Assembly: GCA_002633005.1 (NCBI GenBank)
Contig: NMRA01000177.1
Coordinates: forward strand, 511,942-575,941
Source: Phoronis australis
Taxonomy: Eukaryota > Animalia > Phoronida
DNA length: 64,000 nucleotides
Direction: 5' to 3'
The notes beneath the pieces were generated by a model. The model saw nothing but the letters and a program-made list of their open reading frames with translations. It was not told where the DNA came from and did no database searches. The translations under genes were made by a program, and so were the position numbers. Positions 1 through 15,000 of this stretch are shown piece after piece; the stretch's first letter is position 1; each line of letters begins with the position of its first letter.

Positions 1-81
1 ACACTAAAACTAACCTGGCTTACATTTCATTATTTCCCTGCCTGTAACCTGTGTTTTATCGCTTTTGCTTGTTTTTCACAG

Positions 82-3000
82 AAAGATCTGGTGATCAGTC
101 ACCATGCCGACAACACTCTGAAGAGTTTCTGCGCCTGGCAGAAGAACATTAACCCCAAAGATGACAGCCACGCTAACCACCATGATGTGGCCGTGCTGTT
201 GACTAGGTAGATGTTGTTACTTGTTTTTAGGGTTTAGTGATTTGTGTTTGTAAGCCCTATTTTCACGTGATGATGAAAATTTTATATTTTGTATTCAGTG
301 GCATTTAGGAAGTGATTTAGAAGGTACGTAACGAACTGTCAGGAAGTAGGATTGACGACGTAGAACTCTTGAAATTGACTTTATCACATCTGTTCACTGA
401 GAAGTGTTTTGACTCATCATTGTGTGATATCTTTTGTATAACTTTGGTTTAAAATTAGCTTTTCTGTTATGTTTCTTTTCTTTTCTTTTGCCTGTATATA
501 AATAAACCCCAGTGTTAACAGCCATTTTAGCAGTCTTTTTTGTATGAACGTGTTTTGTTCATTGCCAGGTGAAACATCTATTCTGATATGAACAAGTTTT
601 GATAATTGTTTAATAGAACTTCTGTTAATGCCTGGGCAACTTTTGTTCTGTGCCAGTTACTATTTATGTTCTGGTATGAACAGGTTTTGTTCTTTACCAA
701 GTAGAATCTAAGTTCGCGCGTGAAGAAATTCTTTTCTTTTTTCAGATACAACATCTGCTCTCGTATGAACCAGCCATGCAGCACACTGGGACTGGCGCAA
801 GTGTCTGGTATGTGTCAGCCCCATCGTAGTTGTAATGTGAACGAAGACACTGGCCTGGCACTGGCCTACACCGTCGCCCATGAACTGGGTCACAAGTATG
901 TGCTTATTTATTTTGGTTTGTTTTTTTTTCATGTACAGGTTACTCTTTGTCTTGTTTTCGCCAACTTCAAACACTGAATCAGTTTCGTCAATATGCATAT
1001 TTAGTGAAGACATGTCTGGCACTGTTATGATGTGATTTGCTCACGGAAATGGGATATGAATTGCTCAGTCGCATCAATTGTCAATTATTCTGTGAGATAT
1101 TTTCCCATTCAGGTAACATTTTAGCAGTAGAAACCTATTGTGCATTAGGATTAATTGGTGTGTGCTGAAAATAGTTACTATACCCATTGTTCACCAGGTC
1201 TATAGCGCAGGAATAATTTTCAAAGCACTTTTCCAAGTGGCATGTAAAAGAGCTTTATAATAATTTTTACTATTTTTTATTTTGACATTTGAACTTTATT
1301 CAACAATTCAATTTTATATGAATCTCAGTAAAGACGCTATTATCCTTTCATTTTCATTTTATGTCAACATTGAGAGTATTTCATAAAAATTCCAAGAAGT
1401 CGTCCTCTCATGCTAATGTGAAACTTTTCATGAAAACAGCGTTTTGGGAATAGCACAGGAAGTAGTGATTCATACTGTCATTTGATGATGGCTAAATATG
1501 AACAGTTTTCTAGGGCCTCACACCACCTCAAACCTGATAATAATTTACTTTACGACAAAAGTCTTTGATAGTCTCTGATATTTTTCGTCTTCACTTTTTC
1601 ATTTATTCTCAGCTTTGGCATGAAGCACGATTCGTACATCAACGGCTGTATGGTGAGAGATGGTGACCGGCGCTATGTTATGTCACCACAGTTACATGTG
1701 GACACCAGTCCTCTGATTTGGTCCAACTGTAGTCGGGCGGAAATCACTAAGTTCCTGGAGTAAGTCGTAAAACTCTGTGGTTGGTCTGTGGTATGCAGCT
1801 ATTGCTTATATTGTGCTCTAGGGAATACAGAAGATGCCAAAGTCATGGTAATCACATGTCCTGGTGTCTGAGGGCAATTGCATTGCATAGATATAAGAAT
1901 CTTGTAAGATCACACACGGTTTCCATTCTATAAGTGAAGATTTTTCACTGCAAGTGCTTTACAAGTATCTTAGGTCTATAGAACACTGCCCATAGTTAGT
2001 TGTCCATCAAGACTAGAAATGACAGAGAAATTGTCAGATAATTAAATAAGGTTATAATTCTGTAGTAAGCGTACTGGTTTTTGACTAAAGTTGTCGCTCA
2101 TCATTTTCGCTGTTAGGGAACTTGAATGTCATGACGAAGAAATAGTATTTTGTTCGAATGTATTTGGTGTGTAGTGTAGATAAAGTATTGTATGCAATCG
2201 TAGGAGTATCATTCTGCATTTTGCGTGTATGTTTTGAGGGATGCAAGAAGCTCAGCTTGAAGTAAATATTGTGCCAGTCACTGGTCTAAAGTGACCATGA
2301 AATGTTTGCCGTCTAATGTTGGACATTGATTCACTCTTGGCTAGTACCCGGATAATTGATACCTTCACTGAAATACTGCAATAGAACACAATTATGCTTC
2401 TCTCAATCAGAAAAATGAACTTTATACTTGGCCTTTGGAACATCTGGTTGAATGTAAGGTGTTGGGCTTTTCAAATAGGAGTCTAAATTTATCACCATAT
2501 TTTCCCATTTAGCCGTGACTGGGGGTTCTGTCTAGAAGATGAACCAGCAGAGCATGACTTTCAGTTCCCAGTCCTGCCACCAGGTGTCATGTATGATGCT
2601 GATCACCAGTGTCGTCTGCAGTATGGCCCAGATGCTGAGTTCTGTGACGGCATTGAGGTGAGTGGAGGGTATAAACAGGGACTTCAGATTGAAGTCACAT
2701 TACTTTAGAATTAATGATCTGCAAGTTGTTGCAGAATTATTTTATGGAGAGACGTGCCTTGTTATTGATTAGTAGTTATGCAAATGAACTGCTGTTAATC
2801 TGACTTACATTGACATTTCTTGAAGGAAGAGTTGATATTTAGCTCAGGGGAGTACCTGTGAATTAAGCGAGGGGGTTTACTAGAACAGCGGCAGTGTTTT
2901 GATGTGCTAGTGCATTTTTTTGATTGTGCATCCTGACGGGGGCTTTAAGCCCCTGAACCATTCCCCTTGAAAATTTATGTAACTTCAGTGGGTCTGACCC

Positions 3001-6000
3001 GACAGTTCGCAAATGGCTGGCACTCACTTACGTCTTGTGTGAGTCATTTAAAAACCTTGCCTCGTAATCACACTGACATCCTGATTGGCTGATACACGTT
3101 TGATTGATGGGTGCATCCATTACAGAGTATTTGTAAGACACTGTGGTGCCGTGTTGATAACAAGTGCATGACTCGTGTGGAGGCGGCGGCCGAGGGAACA
3201 CTGTGTGAACAGCATGACTTCTTAAATACTGTACAGTTCGCTCTCACTCCCAAGAAGGTAGGAAATGATGTGTCTGATGTTGACCATTATTAAAATGACG
3301 GATCTTGACTATTCGTTGCCAGCAGCTGTTTGTCTTGGAAAAAATAATTTTTTTTTTTTGGGTGGACAAGCTTCTAATAGTTTTGTGAGCACCCACCGTG
3401 ATGGTAGTTGTGCTACAGAACTTGAAATATATTAACGCATTAGTTTGATGCTGTTTCATAGTGTTAGTTTATGAAAAAACTAAGTTGGAATTTCACTTCA
3501 TTTGGTTTTAGTATCTTGGCTATAAATTTTCCTTGAGACAAGTTCCTACCACCAATCAAAGCATTTATCTATTCAGGCCATTAAAAATAATGTGTCACGA
3601 AACTTTATTTTGTTTTGTATAAGTGAGATTTTCCCATGATTTTAAGTAATGTAATATTATGTAACGTGATGTAGCATGATATTATGCTATTTTCCACAGT
3701 GGTGCTTTGCTGGAGATTGCGTAACCATCGGTGACCGACCAGAGGCCATCAATGGGGAGTGGTCACAGTGGGGCAGTTGGTCAAGCTGTTCAAGGTCATG
3801 TGGGGCTGGGGTCAGTTACGCCGAGAGACTCTGTGACAACCCTCCGTAAGTTGGTCATGAATTGCACCAGATGTTAGTAGCGCTGAACGACAGTTGATAC
3901 TAGTCATTACGCAATTTCGTCGTGATGGATCGTCGCTAGCAGCTGACACACCAACTGTGGAAATTCAGTCTTGAGCGAACCAGAAGCCTTTGTTTGGCAG
4001 GTGACATTTGATTCACACCATACAAATTAATTAAGCCGATAATATTAAGAGTTGCCGAACAAACCAACCTGTTTGCTTTGACCTTTTGCTTTTGATAGAC
4101 TAGCCTATTCAAATCTGTGAGTATCCAGTTTTACTATATAATCCGTGAAGGCCCTGAGATTGTATCCTTTTGTTTTATTTTGTAGACCGTCCAATGGTGG
4201 GAAGTATTGTTTAGGAGAGAGGAAGAGGTTTAGAATTTGTGACACAGATGTGAGTGTACTTTTATCAGCTGAAAAACATACTTGTCTTTGTTCTTTTTGC
4301 TTAGTTCTAATGGATCTCTTTCAAGACGTGAGTGTTAGGCTAACGTCATTAGAAAATAACCAGCAACAAAGATGACTATATACTTTGGCAACAGTCTTTC
4401 CTTTGAACAGGCATTGTTGAAAATTTTGACAAGATGTATTTGATGTTTAAATTGTTAGCGCGTGTGGTTATTTAATCCTAGTGTATTATTTTTTTCGCGC
4501 GCTTTTATGATTTTAGTTTTATCTTTGATTAGCAAACATCTCTTGTGTTTGAAGATCTGGCCTTAACTCATTGTTGTTGACTCTGTCATGAAAAAAATCC
4601 TATGCTGTCGCCCTCTCTGGTTGAGTTTGGGCAACTCGACCGGTTTGCTAAACACGAAATCTGCAGCTATCTTCAAAGAAACTATCCAGTTTCAGCCGAT
4701 GTTATTCTGTGGAGACTATTAACTTGGTTGTAAATATTAGGGGCAACTATTGTATTTTGTTGTTTAATTTTGAATAGTTCATGAAAAATACACATGATTT
4801 GGTTTTGAATTTTGAAAATCTGGCAAGAAATGTGATTTTTATAATCTAAAACTATACAGTAGTTCACAGCCAGTATTCTGTTGCATTAATTCTGCTGGAT
4901 GTACAATGCAATAGGCCAATTACCAAGGGTCATTAACCAGTAGCTGGGAATTGAGGAAAGCCAAGTGCCACTGTACAGTTCTTGCCATGGTGCATTGTAC
5001 TGTTGTCTGTATCTGTCATTAGACACTTGCCAAATGAAGTAAAACCTTCCCTGGACAAGAGGTTTTGTTTGATCTACTTTAACATAATGAACTGAAGATT
5101 GCACACAATGGATCTTGTCAGATTTTCAAAACTACAAAGATGACTATTCGTTGTGCAAAAAATAAAGATCGTTCGTATCGCTGGTCATGTCTTATAATAA
5201 TTCAAGCAGCAAAATATTGTGATTATTTCCAGCCTTGTCCTGAGGGATTCCCCAGTTTCCATGACACCCAGTGTCAAGAGTTCAACTACATCCCGTACAA
5301 GAATGGTCTTTACGAATGGGAACATGTGCCAACACCTGGTGAGCGCTTTAAGACGTAGTAACTAGTCCCTCAACAAGGGTTGCATATAGGTTTGTTGTGA
5401 AGGATCTACACTGTATTGTGACCCTTATAATTTTTATTGAACGTTTGAAGATGATTGTTTTGTATGTCTGGTATTTGTGGAAGATGTGGATAAGATGCCT
5501 ACACTCTGATCTCAATTTTTGATGTTTAAAATGAAAAAAAAGTTGAAATATTCCAAATTGACTCCTTGTCAACAGCACAGTTATCGGACTTCTGTTGTAG
5601 TAACCTATGTAAATTTTACTCTTACAACATACAGAAACCTGTGACTGACAGATGGCGCTGCTGGCTACAGAAGAAGTCCCACCACTTTTTTCCAGAAGAC
5701 CACCCTGGGTGTTGTTGTTGGTCTTGTAGATGCAAAGTCACTTACATAAAATGGCCGTTTCTGAAAGAGCCCCATGGCTCTTTTTCAGAGGTCACTAGTA
5801 GTAGTTGTCACAAGATCATTATTAAGGATTTGAACTGTATTTCAGACACCCCATGCCAGCTGCACTGTAAGCCTATCAACAGGTTCTTTCATGTCATGTT
5901 AAAAGACATTGTCACTGATGGGACACCCTGTACGCCTGGCACCAAGAACATGTGTATTAGTGGAAGATGCAGGGTGAGTCAAAAGCACTGGTGTGCGGCA

Positions 6001-9000
6001 ACGTAGATCGTAGACAACAGGTTCATATGAAATTTCTAGCAGAGGTGCCACTTACCTTGTTTACCAACCTGAGTTTCCGGTGTGTCTGTCTATGTGGAAA
6101 GATCTGATACTTCTGTACTGCTTAAAGTACCAAAGAAAACTTTTCAGAATTCAAAAGACTTTTAACAATTCCTTTTGTGGAATTCGTGATGTCATGAATA
6201 ATTTTGACAATAGTCCAGGAAGTGGAATTAAGTCCAAAATTCAAACTCTGATGAGGCGATTAACAACCATAGTCAGCAGATGTACATGCGGCCATAGATT
6301 ATAGACAAACTGATTCGCAACTCCGACATTTTCTTGTGTACTATCCTAGAGGAGGCGCCACTCTCCTAAATTATCTGGTGCAGTTTCCGTTTAGTGTATT
6401 GTGGCGGTAAATTCTCGCATCTACTTTACTGTAAAGTGCAACGAAAAAAAATATTTTGGCGTTGAAACAGTCTTCCAATGGTAAAACTGTCAGTATCACT
6501 AGTACTTTTAGCAATGCTAGTACCACCCGACCACACAACAGCCTGGTGTCGCTAGTGAATGATGACGTAACGGCTTTNTGTTGCAAAATCTCTTATCCTG
6601 GGCCGATTTGAAAAATTCAAAGTTGTACTCATACTTGTTTTCGCTCCCCTTTTCAAATATTACAGTAAAAACTACGTAAAACTCTCACCATAAAAAGTAC
6701 AGTCTGCTAGCTAGATTGTAATCAGCTGATCATATCCGCATGAGCGAAGCCAATTATCCTCTTGATGTCATGAATAATTTTGACAATAGTCCAGAAAATG
6801 GAATTAAGTTCAAAATTCAAACTCTGATGAGGCGATTAACAACCATAGTCAGCAGATGTACATGCGGCCATAGATTATAGACAAACAGATTCGCAACTCC
6901 GACTCTTGTGTACTATCCTAGAAGAGGCGCCACTCTCCTAAATTATCTGTTCAGTGTATTGTGGCGGTAAATTCTCGCATCTATTTTACTGTAAAGTACA
7001 ACGGAAAAAATATTTTGGCATTGAAACAGTCTTCCAGTAGTAGAACTGTCAGTATCACGAGTACTTTTAGCAATGCTAGTACCAGTCCCGACCACACAAC
7101 AGCCTGGTGTAGCTAGTGAATAATGACGTAACGACTTTTGCGTAAGAGCACAGATTTCATCCATTGAAAGTATACGAAGTTGGCGGTCCATGTACTGTAG
7201 TCTATGATGCTTTAGGTAAAACTGGCAAACCCAACAGGTGTCGCTAGTGAGTAGTGAGGCTGCGGCTTGAACCCAACATCACAGATTCATGCACTGAAAA
7301 TATACAGACTTAGTGATCCTTTTGTTATAGTCTATGGAGGCAAAGATTCATAAAACTATCATACTCAAGTATCTATTAAAGTAGGTAGGCCTATTAGGCC
7401 ACACATTGACACAAATAGTGATTCAGACATGGTTTCATGATGTGGAGTGTGATTTGTTAATTAAGCCTGACCTAGTATGGACATTTTCGACACATGGGCT
7501 GTGATTGGGCGGAAAGCCTGACCTACTTTTTTGCAGCATGTCACTTGTGATTGGGTTAAAAAGTCTGCCCTAATATATTCGTATTCAGCAAGTGGGCTTA
7601 TAGAGTTTGACTTCCTTTTTATTTCATTTACAGCGTGTAGGCTGTGATTGGGTGATAGAATCCAATGCCAAAGAGGATCGTTGCGGTGTTTGTCACGGCG
7701 ATGGAAGGGCTTGCAAGACTGTTAAAGATCAGTTCAAAGCACAGCAGGGATTGGGTAAGGGCTCAGTAGGAGCTTGTTTATTTCTCACAAAAGTGTGATG
7801 TGAAATAGTGATTTGCCGGAGATAAAAAAATTGTTCTATGTTTTGTTTGAGGACACTTGTTCATCTTAAACAATATTAATAATGAAAGAATATTATTATG
7901 GTCTTAACATTTCGTTTACCTGGGAAATTTTACGAAGAAATTCCGTAATTTTTCATTGTTATTTGTGGAACACTTATATCGTACCTGTATGTGTAGTATC
8001 AGTGAAGTTGATTGGGATTCTGTTTCGTTGTATAACCAAGAGCAAAGTATATGTCGGAGTGCCATTGTGTGAGTTTACAGTACCTCTTCTCATAAGGAGG
8101 TAATATACTTGAGCACTTCAGCCATATTGAGTTTCACAGTAGACTTTACTTAATCTTTGTTGGTAGTTATATTGAAAACCTAAATCGTGAATTTAAGATC
8201 CGCCATGTAGATTGTCCTTGCCATCGCATTTTTTGAAACAATTACAAATGTTAGTATTAAAACAATGGAATACTGAATGTGCATGTTTCTTGTTTGTAGG
8301 CTATGTGGAAGCTGCTGTTATTCCAACCGGAGCCAGAAACATAAGGATTGAAGAAGTAGCAGAGGCAAACAATTACATCGCGTTGCGTAACGACCGAGGG
8401 GAGTACTTCCTTAATGGCCATTGGTTCATTCAGTGGAGCGGTGATTACGACGCAGCTGGCAGTAAAGTACACTACGAGAGAAATGGAAACAAAGAGCACC
8501 TCTTTGCTCTGGGACCAATCAAAGAACCGCTCCATGTCATGGTGAGGCAGCACCTAAATCATACAGGGTTTTTACTAATTTGAGTGTAATGTTGACAAAA
8601 ATGTCTTTATTTAGTGTTTGGGAATTTTCATAATTAATATAGTTACTTGCCTGATGACAAGTCTGTTTCTGTGTCAGTTTACATTTATTTTCATTTAGCA
8701 TTGTGATATCCTCACAAAAAATTATCACGAGTTTTATAATGTTCATTGAAATTTACCCCACATATGAAAATATGGCCATTGTATATGTGACGTATTCAAC
8801 TGTGATATTTTGTTTCGGACGAATTTTAGAAGTAGGATATCAGGAGTTTTGAGATTCAAATTTAGGCATTGTGGGAGAATGACAAAAGGGGTCACTTAAG
8901 TACTGAACCCGAAGGTCTTGGTATGCACTGCAAACTAACACAACGCGGTATTTTTTAATTATGAAATTATACCAAAATTCGCCAAATCATCTGCCACCAA

Positions 9001-12000
9001 TTTTTTGTGTAGTCAGAAATCTAGAGGTTAGGCTAAAATCTCCCAGTTTTATTGTGATGCCTATTTATGCAATAACTAACAGTAGGATTTCTTTGCCTTT
9101 TTTGTCGGTCAGAGAATTTTTACGTCAGTCGTTTTTTAATGTTTCTGACTTCTATGTCTTATCAAATGCTACATTGCAGTTGTTGTTCCAATCGCACAAC
9201 CCCGGTGTCACGTTTGAGTACACCGTTCCTAATGAAAACGCCACGGAGACCAGGCAGCCTGTGTTTGAATGGAAATATTCTGAGTGGACTCATTGCACCT
9301 CTTCGTGTGGTGGAGGTAGGAATGTTTAGGCGCCTCGGCCATATTGGACTGGTGGATTTGCTTGCTTTTATGTGTGAGAGAAAGATAAAATAAGCAGCAT
9401 TTGTTTACAATAAATATATGTCATATTGTGTTTCTTTGTGCATGCTAAATACATCACACTTGTTATTTATTAACTCTGATCTTAGTGACAGCAAAACTTC
9501 TTTAAAGTCGCAAACATATATGTCTTGTGAGCACACCATCTGTTGGCATTCGTTTTGGAGTTGTCCGTTTAGTCATAAGAAAATAGAAGTTCTTATACCC
9601 GGTACATTATATTTTCATCAGATTATAAAAAATTGGGATAAGAATGGTGATAAGAGCATTATATGGAAAAACAGATTTCTTGTCTTCTGTTTATGAGTTA
9701 ACAAATTTTGTTGAACACACAGCAATGGTCATAATTAATAATGTTCTACACTATTCACTTGAGCTCTCAGTATCTTCGACGAACATTCACAACACAACAA
9801 GAACTCAGATGGCCAAGAAACATATGAAAACTAATGATTAAAATGACAGCTATATAGACATAAGTAAACTAATGATTAATGTGTCAGTAATGACTGCCAA
9901 AGATATAGAGAGCTTGAGCAAATATTGTGCAAAGTTTTTTAATCGTGAACATTGTTGTGTGCTCAACAAATTTTGTCAACAAGAGAAGCTGTTGCCAAAG
10001 TCTTCTGTTTGTGAGTTGATGACAATGTCTACTGTAGGTACCCAACAATCCATAGTTGTCTGTATGGAGCAGGAAGCCGGAGTTCTCGACAACGCCTATT
10101 GCCTTCTACAGAATATGACCAAACCTGATGATAAGTTACGCACGTGCAATAGACACCTTTGTCCTGCCCGGTAAGCTGGCTCTTTAACTTCTTGCAGTGT
10201 CAAACCGGTTTGTTGTAGAAAAATGTCTGCCAAATGTGTGGTGGTGGTGGGGAAAGGTACCTGTATGAAGCTATGCTGTGCTGCGGTTTGTGCGTAATGT
10301 AGAAAGGTTGTTGTGATTTTGACTACATGTCTTACGAGTTGGCATACAGTTAAAATTCTCCAGTCTCTAAAATTTGGAGCACAGAAATTCAAGTAGGAAT
10401 TGAATTTTCAGATTCTGTAAATTTGGACACGGTCAGTTTTGGCATTCATCATATTTCTCAAGTTTTGGACACTATGTTTTGTATTAAAGAGTCTGAACAT
10501 AGACTTGCTGTTCATAAAATTGTCAAAAATTGCTGCCAGCCTTTTCATGCCTCCTAATGCTTTGCAACATCGAGATGATTGATATTTTGTCATTGATTGT
10601 AATTCTTGAATTTGGGACAACCAGTATTGCTTGTTTCTGAAATTTGGGATAAACTTTGACCTTGAGGAAAATAACTGATTTTTTACCATCCCGAACTGGA
10701 GAATTTTTGCCGTCGGTTTGAAATGGGATGAGGCCTAAAAACAACAGAGTCTCTGAGACTAGTTTAGTACTGGTCTTTTTGAAATCATTCGCCAGTCCAC
10801 CAATTTTTATGCGCCCACATATTTATATGTGGACGCATTATGCCGTCATCTCCGTCCGTCCGTCCGGGCGGCGTCCGTCCGGCGTCCGCTGCTCTATCTC
10901 CAAAACCCTTTGACATATGGTCATGAAATTTGGCACATATGTTCCATTTATGAATGGTACGGCATGTGCGAACTTTCGGATGGATCCGACTACCGGTGTG
11001 CCCCCTAGTGGCAATTTTATTTTTTTACGCTTACCTTTGTATCTTCAAAAGTCCTGAACGGATTTTCATGAAATTTGGTATGTAGGCACTTATTAGTGAG
11101 ATGACGCTATCCTCCCGTTTTCAAATGGATTCGACATAGTTTGCGCGTCCTAGTGGCCATTTTTAGTGTTTTCGAGTGTGTTTTTGTGCGTCAACCCCTC
11201 TATCAACCAAACCGCTCAAAGGATGATTGTGAAAATTGGCATGTATATGCTTACTATGTAGAGGACGGTTGACGATGATTTTCCGACGATTTCGACTACT
11301 GTGGTGCCTCCTAGTGGCAGTTTTTTTCTTTCGCCTATCGCTGTATCTCCTAAACCGTTCGCAGGATCTCTACGAAATTGTGTAAGTATATTTATATGAT
11401 GTTAACAACAGAACATGACGACTTTTGGGCAATTTTAGTTTTTTACGCTTACCTTTGTATCTTCAAAAGTCCTGAACGGATTTTCATGAAATTTGGTATG
11501 TAAGCACCTATTAGTGAGATGACGCTATACTCCCGTTTTCAGATGGATTCGACATAGTTTGCGCCACCTAGTGGCCATTTTTACTGTTTTCGAGTCTATA
11601 TTTTTGCGTCCACCCCTCTATCAACCAAACCGCTCAAAGGATGATTGTGAAAATTGGCATGTATGTGCTTACTATAAAGAAGACAGCTGACAATGATTTT
11701 CAGACGATTTGGATTACTGTGGCGCCTCCTAGTGGCAGTTTTGTTTTTTTTGCGCCTATGGCTATATCTCCTAAACCTTTTGCAGGATCTTTACGAAATT
11801 TAATAAGTGTAATTATATGATGTTAACAACAGATGATGAAGACTTTTGGACGGATCCGCCTACCAGTGTGCCCCCTAGTAGCAATTTTATTTTTTTGCGT
11901 TTACCTCTGTATCTTCACAAGTCCTAAGCGGATTTTCATGAAATTTGGTATGTAGGCACCTATTAGTGCGATGACGCTATTCTCCCGTTTTCGGATGGAT

Positions 12001-15000
12001 TCGACCTAGCTTGTGACACCTAGTGGCCATTCATGTTGTGAACACATCCACTAAAACAAGAAACTGTAGGAACACCGCATTTATCCACCTTCACTCTTAT
12101 CAGGCTTCTATTGTGAGTCAGCATGCGTGAATAATTGGCTGATAAGCCACCTCTGGAACTACTTTTGGCTGAATGGATGACCAGGCCATAAAATGATAAT
12201 ATTAGCCAAGACCAGTTACTAATGCAACAAAGAATAGTGTCGTAGTATCATATAGCCTTGGTGGAAAGCTGTATACTGTATTGGCTCTAATAAACGCTTA
12301 GAAAAAATCATTTCATGGGGAGGGGATTCTTATTGTAGCCTACGGCAGTTGAAAGCCGGTTTCCCAAACGGGTAAAATCGGAAGCTGGGATTCATAAAAT
12401 TTACGCTTTGTGACGAATTTTAGCCTATGACAGTCTTTCTACAAAATTGTGGTGCATTGCTATGAACTTCCGTTGTTAAATTACGATAATTTTTCAAAAA
12501 ATTGTGCTCATCACAGGGCGAAAACTTGCCGACTGATGCGTCGCNCTTTGAAATTATGATCGTGTTTCTCAGTGTTATCCTTAGTAGCAGACCATGGCAG
12601 TACTGTAAACATCACCCAATGGGTAATTAGTTCACAGTGCAAAATTATCTAATGAGGAAATATCACTCTGGAAAGCACAGCAGTTTTATGCCTTATTACA
12701 GTGGCTTTATGTGTCAGTTTGAAAGAATTTGCCTGTCTGTCCTAGAAAGTGAACGTAGGATCTCCCGAATGTTAGCGACCACCGATGGACTCCTAGGCGA
12801 GTTTCTACAAACTGGCAAATAAAACATATGTAATTAGGCGAAAAACCACTCTGCTTTCCATAATGAATTTTCATCATTGGGATGTTTGTAGTCATAGATT
12901 TGCTAATTAATTACCCGACTGTGGTGTGTTCAGTCTGATATCAGTTATATGTGGCGACTAACTTGTGTGTCTTGTGTCTAACGAAATGTGTGGTGCTTGC
13001 CCCAAACTGGGTTTTTAAACGTTATCAATTTTGAGTTTACGTAACCTATGATATTAGTAGGAGCTGTAGTAAGGAGTAATTGTTTAACTTTAAACTGTGT
13101 CTCTTATGTTAGATTAGCTACTTAGACCTATTTATTTATTTATATCTGTCTGAATATTGCATGATGTTCAATTACATACAGTAATAATAATAATTAGTGT
13201 AACACTCTTAATTATAGTAATGACATTAGTTATTATGAACATTCAATTTGATTAAGTGGTTGATAGTCCTTGTCTGAAACAAAATTATGTCAGCTACAAA
13301 GTTCTTTAAATAGTACAATAATTATAACACTAGTTCTGTCAGAATTTTGTCAAATGTATTACTGAAACTAAAACTACAAATTACGTTTTTGTTACAATCG
13401 ATTTCTGTCCCCGTCTTTTTATGGGCCAGTTGTATATCATAAAAAAAACAATTCGACCATTGCAATGATAATTCTTACAAATGCTACACCTTGTTTAATT
13501 CTTTTCTAAGCAATGAAGTTGAGTTATAGAAACTTTTCATTATTACAAGTTAACAGATTAAACAGCTTCTTTATACAGTTCTCCTGTTAAATGACTTGTC
13601 AAGAGATCCCCTAAACAGAGTTATCTCCAAAGCTTTGCATGGTAGACCAGAAACTCTGTCACTGTTCACAAAGTGGTTGCTCTATCTCTCGAGTCTTGGT
13701 GTCGTCTCCTGGTATAACAGTGGTGCTGGTTTTTCACTGCATCTGTCATTTTTCGAATTGCACAGCATGAAGGCATGATCGTCCCACGCTTACCAACTAG
13801 TGGCTCCATCTGGTGCGAGGTGACTGGTGTCACAGTAGACTGCACATGGCTACTTCAGTGTCTTACAATACTTTCTGCCCCCCCTTTCTTCCTCTGAAGA
13901 TGTTTTGCTATCAGTTTCCCTGTGCATGGGTTTTCGTTTCATTTTCACTATACTCTCTTTGCATGTGCTTGTTGGCATGTTCGTTTCTGTCATGGCTGTG
14001 TCCTGTCTGTCCGGTATGCTATTTGCTTGCTGACTCGTGAACTACAGCAATTCTGTGATATGTGTCTGCACTTGACTGTGTTTGACCTTGTACAGTATGC
14101 ACCGTGTGCTTCCTTCTCTTACAGTGCACTAGGTCGTGTGGTGGAGGTATACAGTTCAGAGACGTGACCTGTGTGGGCGATGTCACCTGCCCTAGTGTGG
14201 AGAAACCAACATCGGAGCGTATATGTAACTTGTTTGACTGCGATGAGTTGACGACCACTGCAAGATCAACATCGGGTACACCTTCGGTAAACGAAACGAC
14301 GGCGCCAGGTCCCGTTGGCAATACTTCCAAGGGTGCTTTGTCAGAAGACGACAAAGCTGTCATCCAAAAGATCATGGGTGATGATTACATTTATGGCGAG
14401 GATGACTATGCCTGGTCCCCAGAACAGGGAAATGCAGTGGTGATTCCAAGCAAGAAAGGAGCTGTCAATTCAAACTTCACTCATTCCATGGTGTCTGGGC
14501 CAGATGGCATTCGTAGTGCCATCGGGCCGTTGGGATCCAAATATGAGAAAGCTGATGGAATTCAACAGAAAGGCGATGAAGCTCTGTCAAAGAAAAATGG
14601 TGCCTCCTCTGTCACTGAACACAGTTGGTCTCCAGATGTTGGAGATGCCGTGGGAGACCAGCAAAGGACAGCAATCAATGGTTCCGCTGATGAGACCATC
14701 AATAAAACTCTTCCGAAGAAAGTTAATGCTTCCTCAGTCACTGAAGACAGTTGGTCCCCAGACCATGGCGACGCAGTGGGAGACCAGCAAGAAACAGCAG
14801 TTAATGGTCCTGTTGATGACGCCAACAGAGAATGGTCTCCTAAGGATGGCGATGCACTTGCTGGAGCGAAGGATGCTGGTGGCGGAAAGTGGTTCAGGTT
14901 TGATTTTAACATCAAGGAAGGCGGAGAAACAGTTGCTGTGGATCCTCCACTTGTTGGCGGCAGTCCCATTGGTCATTCCATTGCTCAGGAGTTATCTCCC

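Noticed and set aside
6187-7139. Biological tandem duplication in an ADAMTS intron
   Set aside because: The first copy ends at an N junction, so allelic overlap is the simpler explanation.
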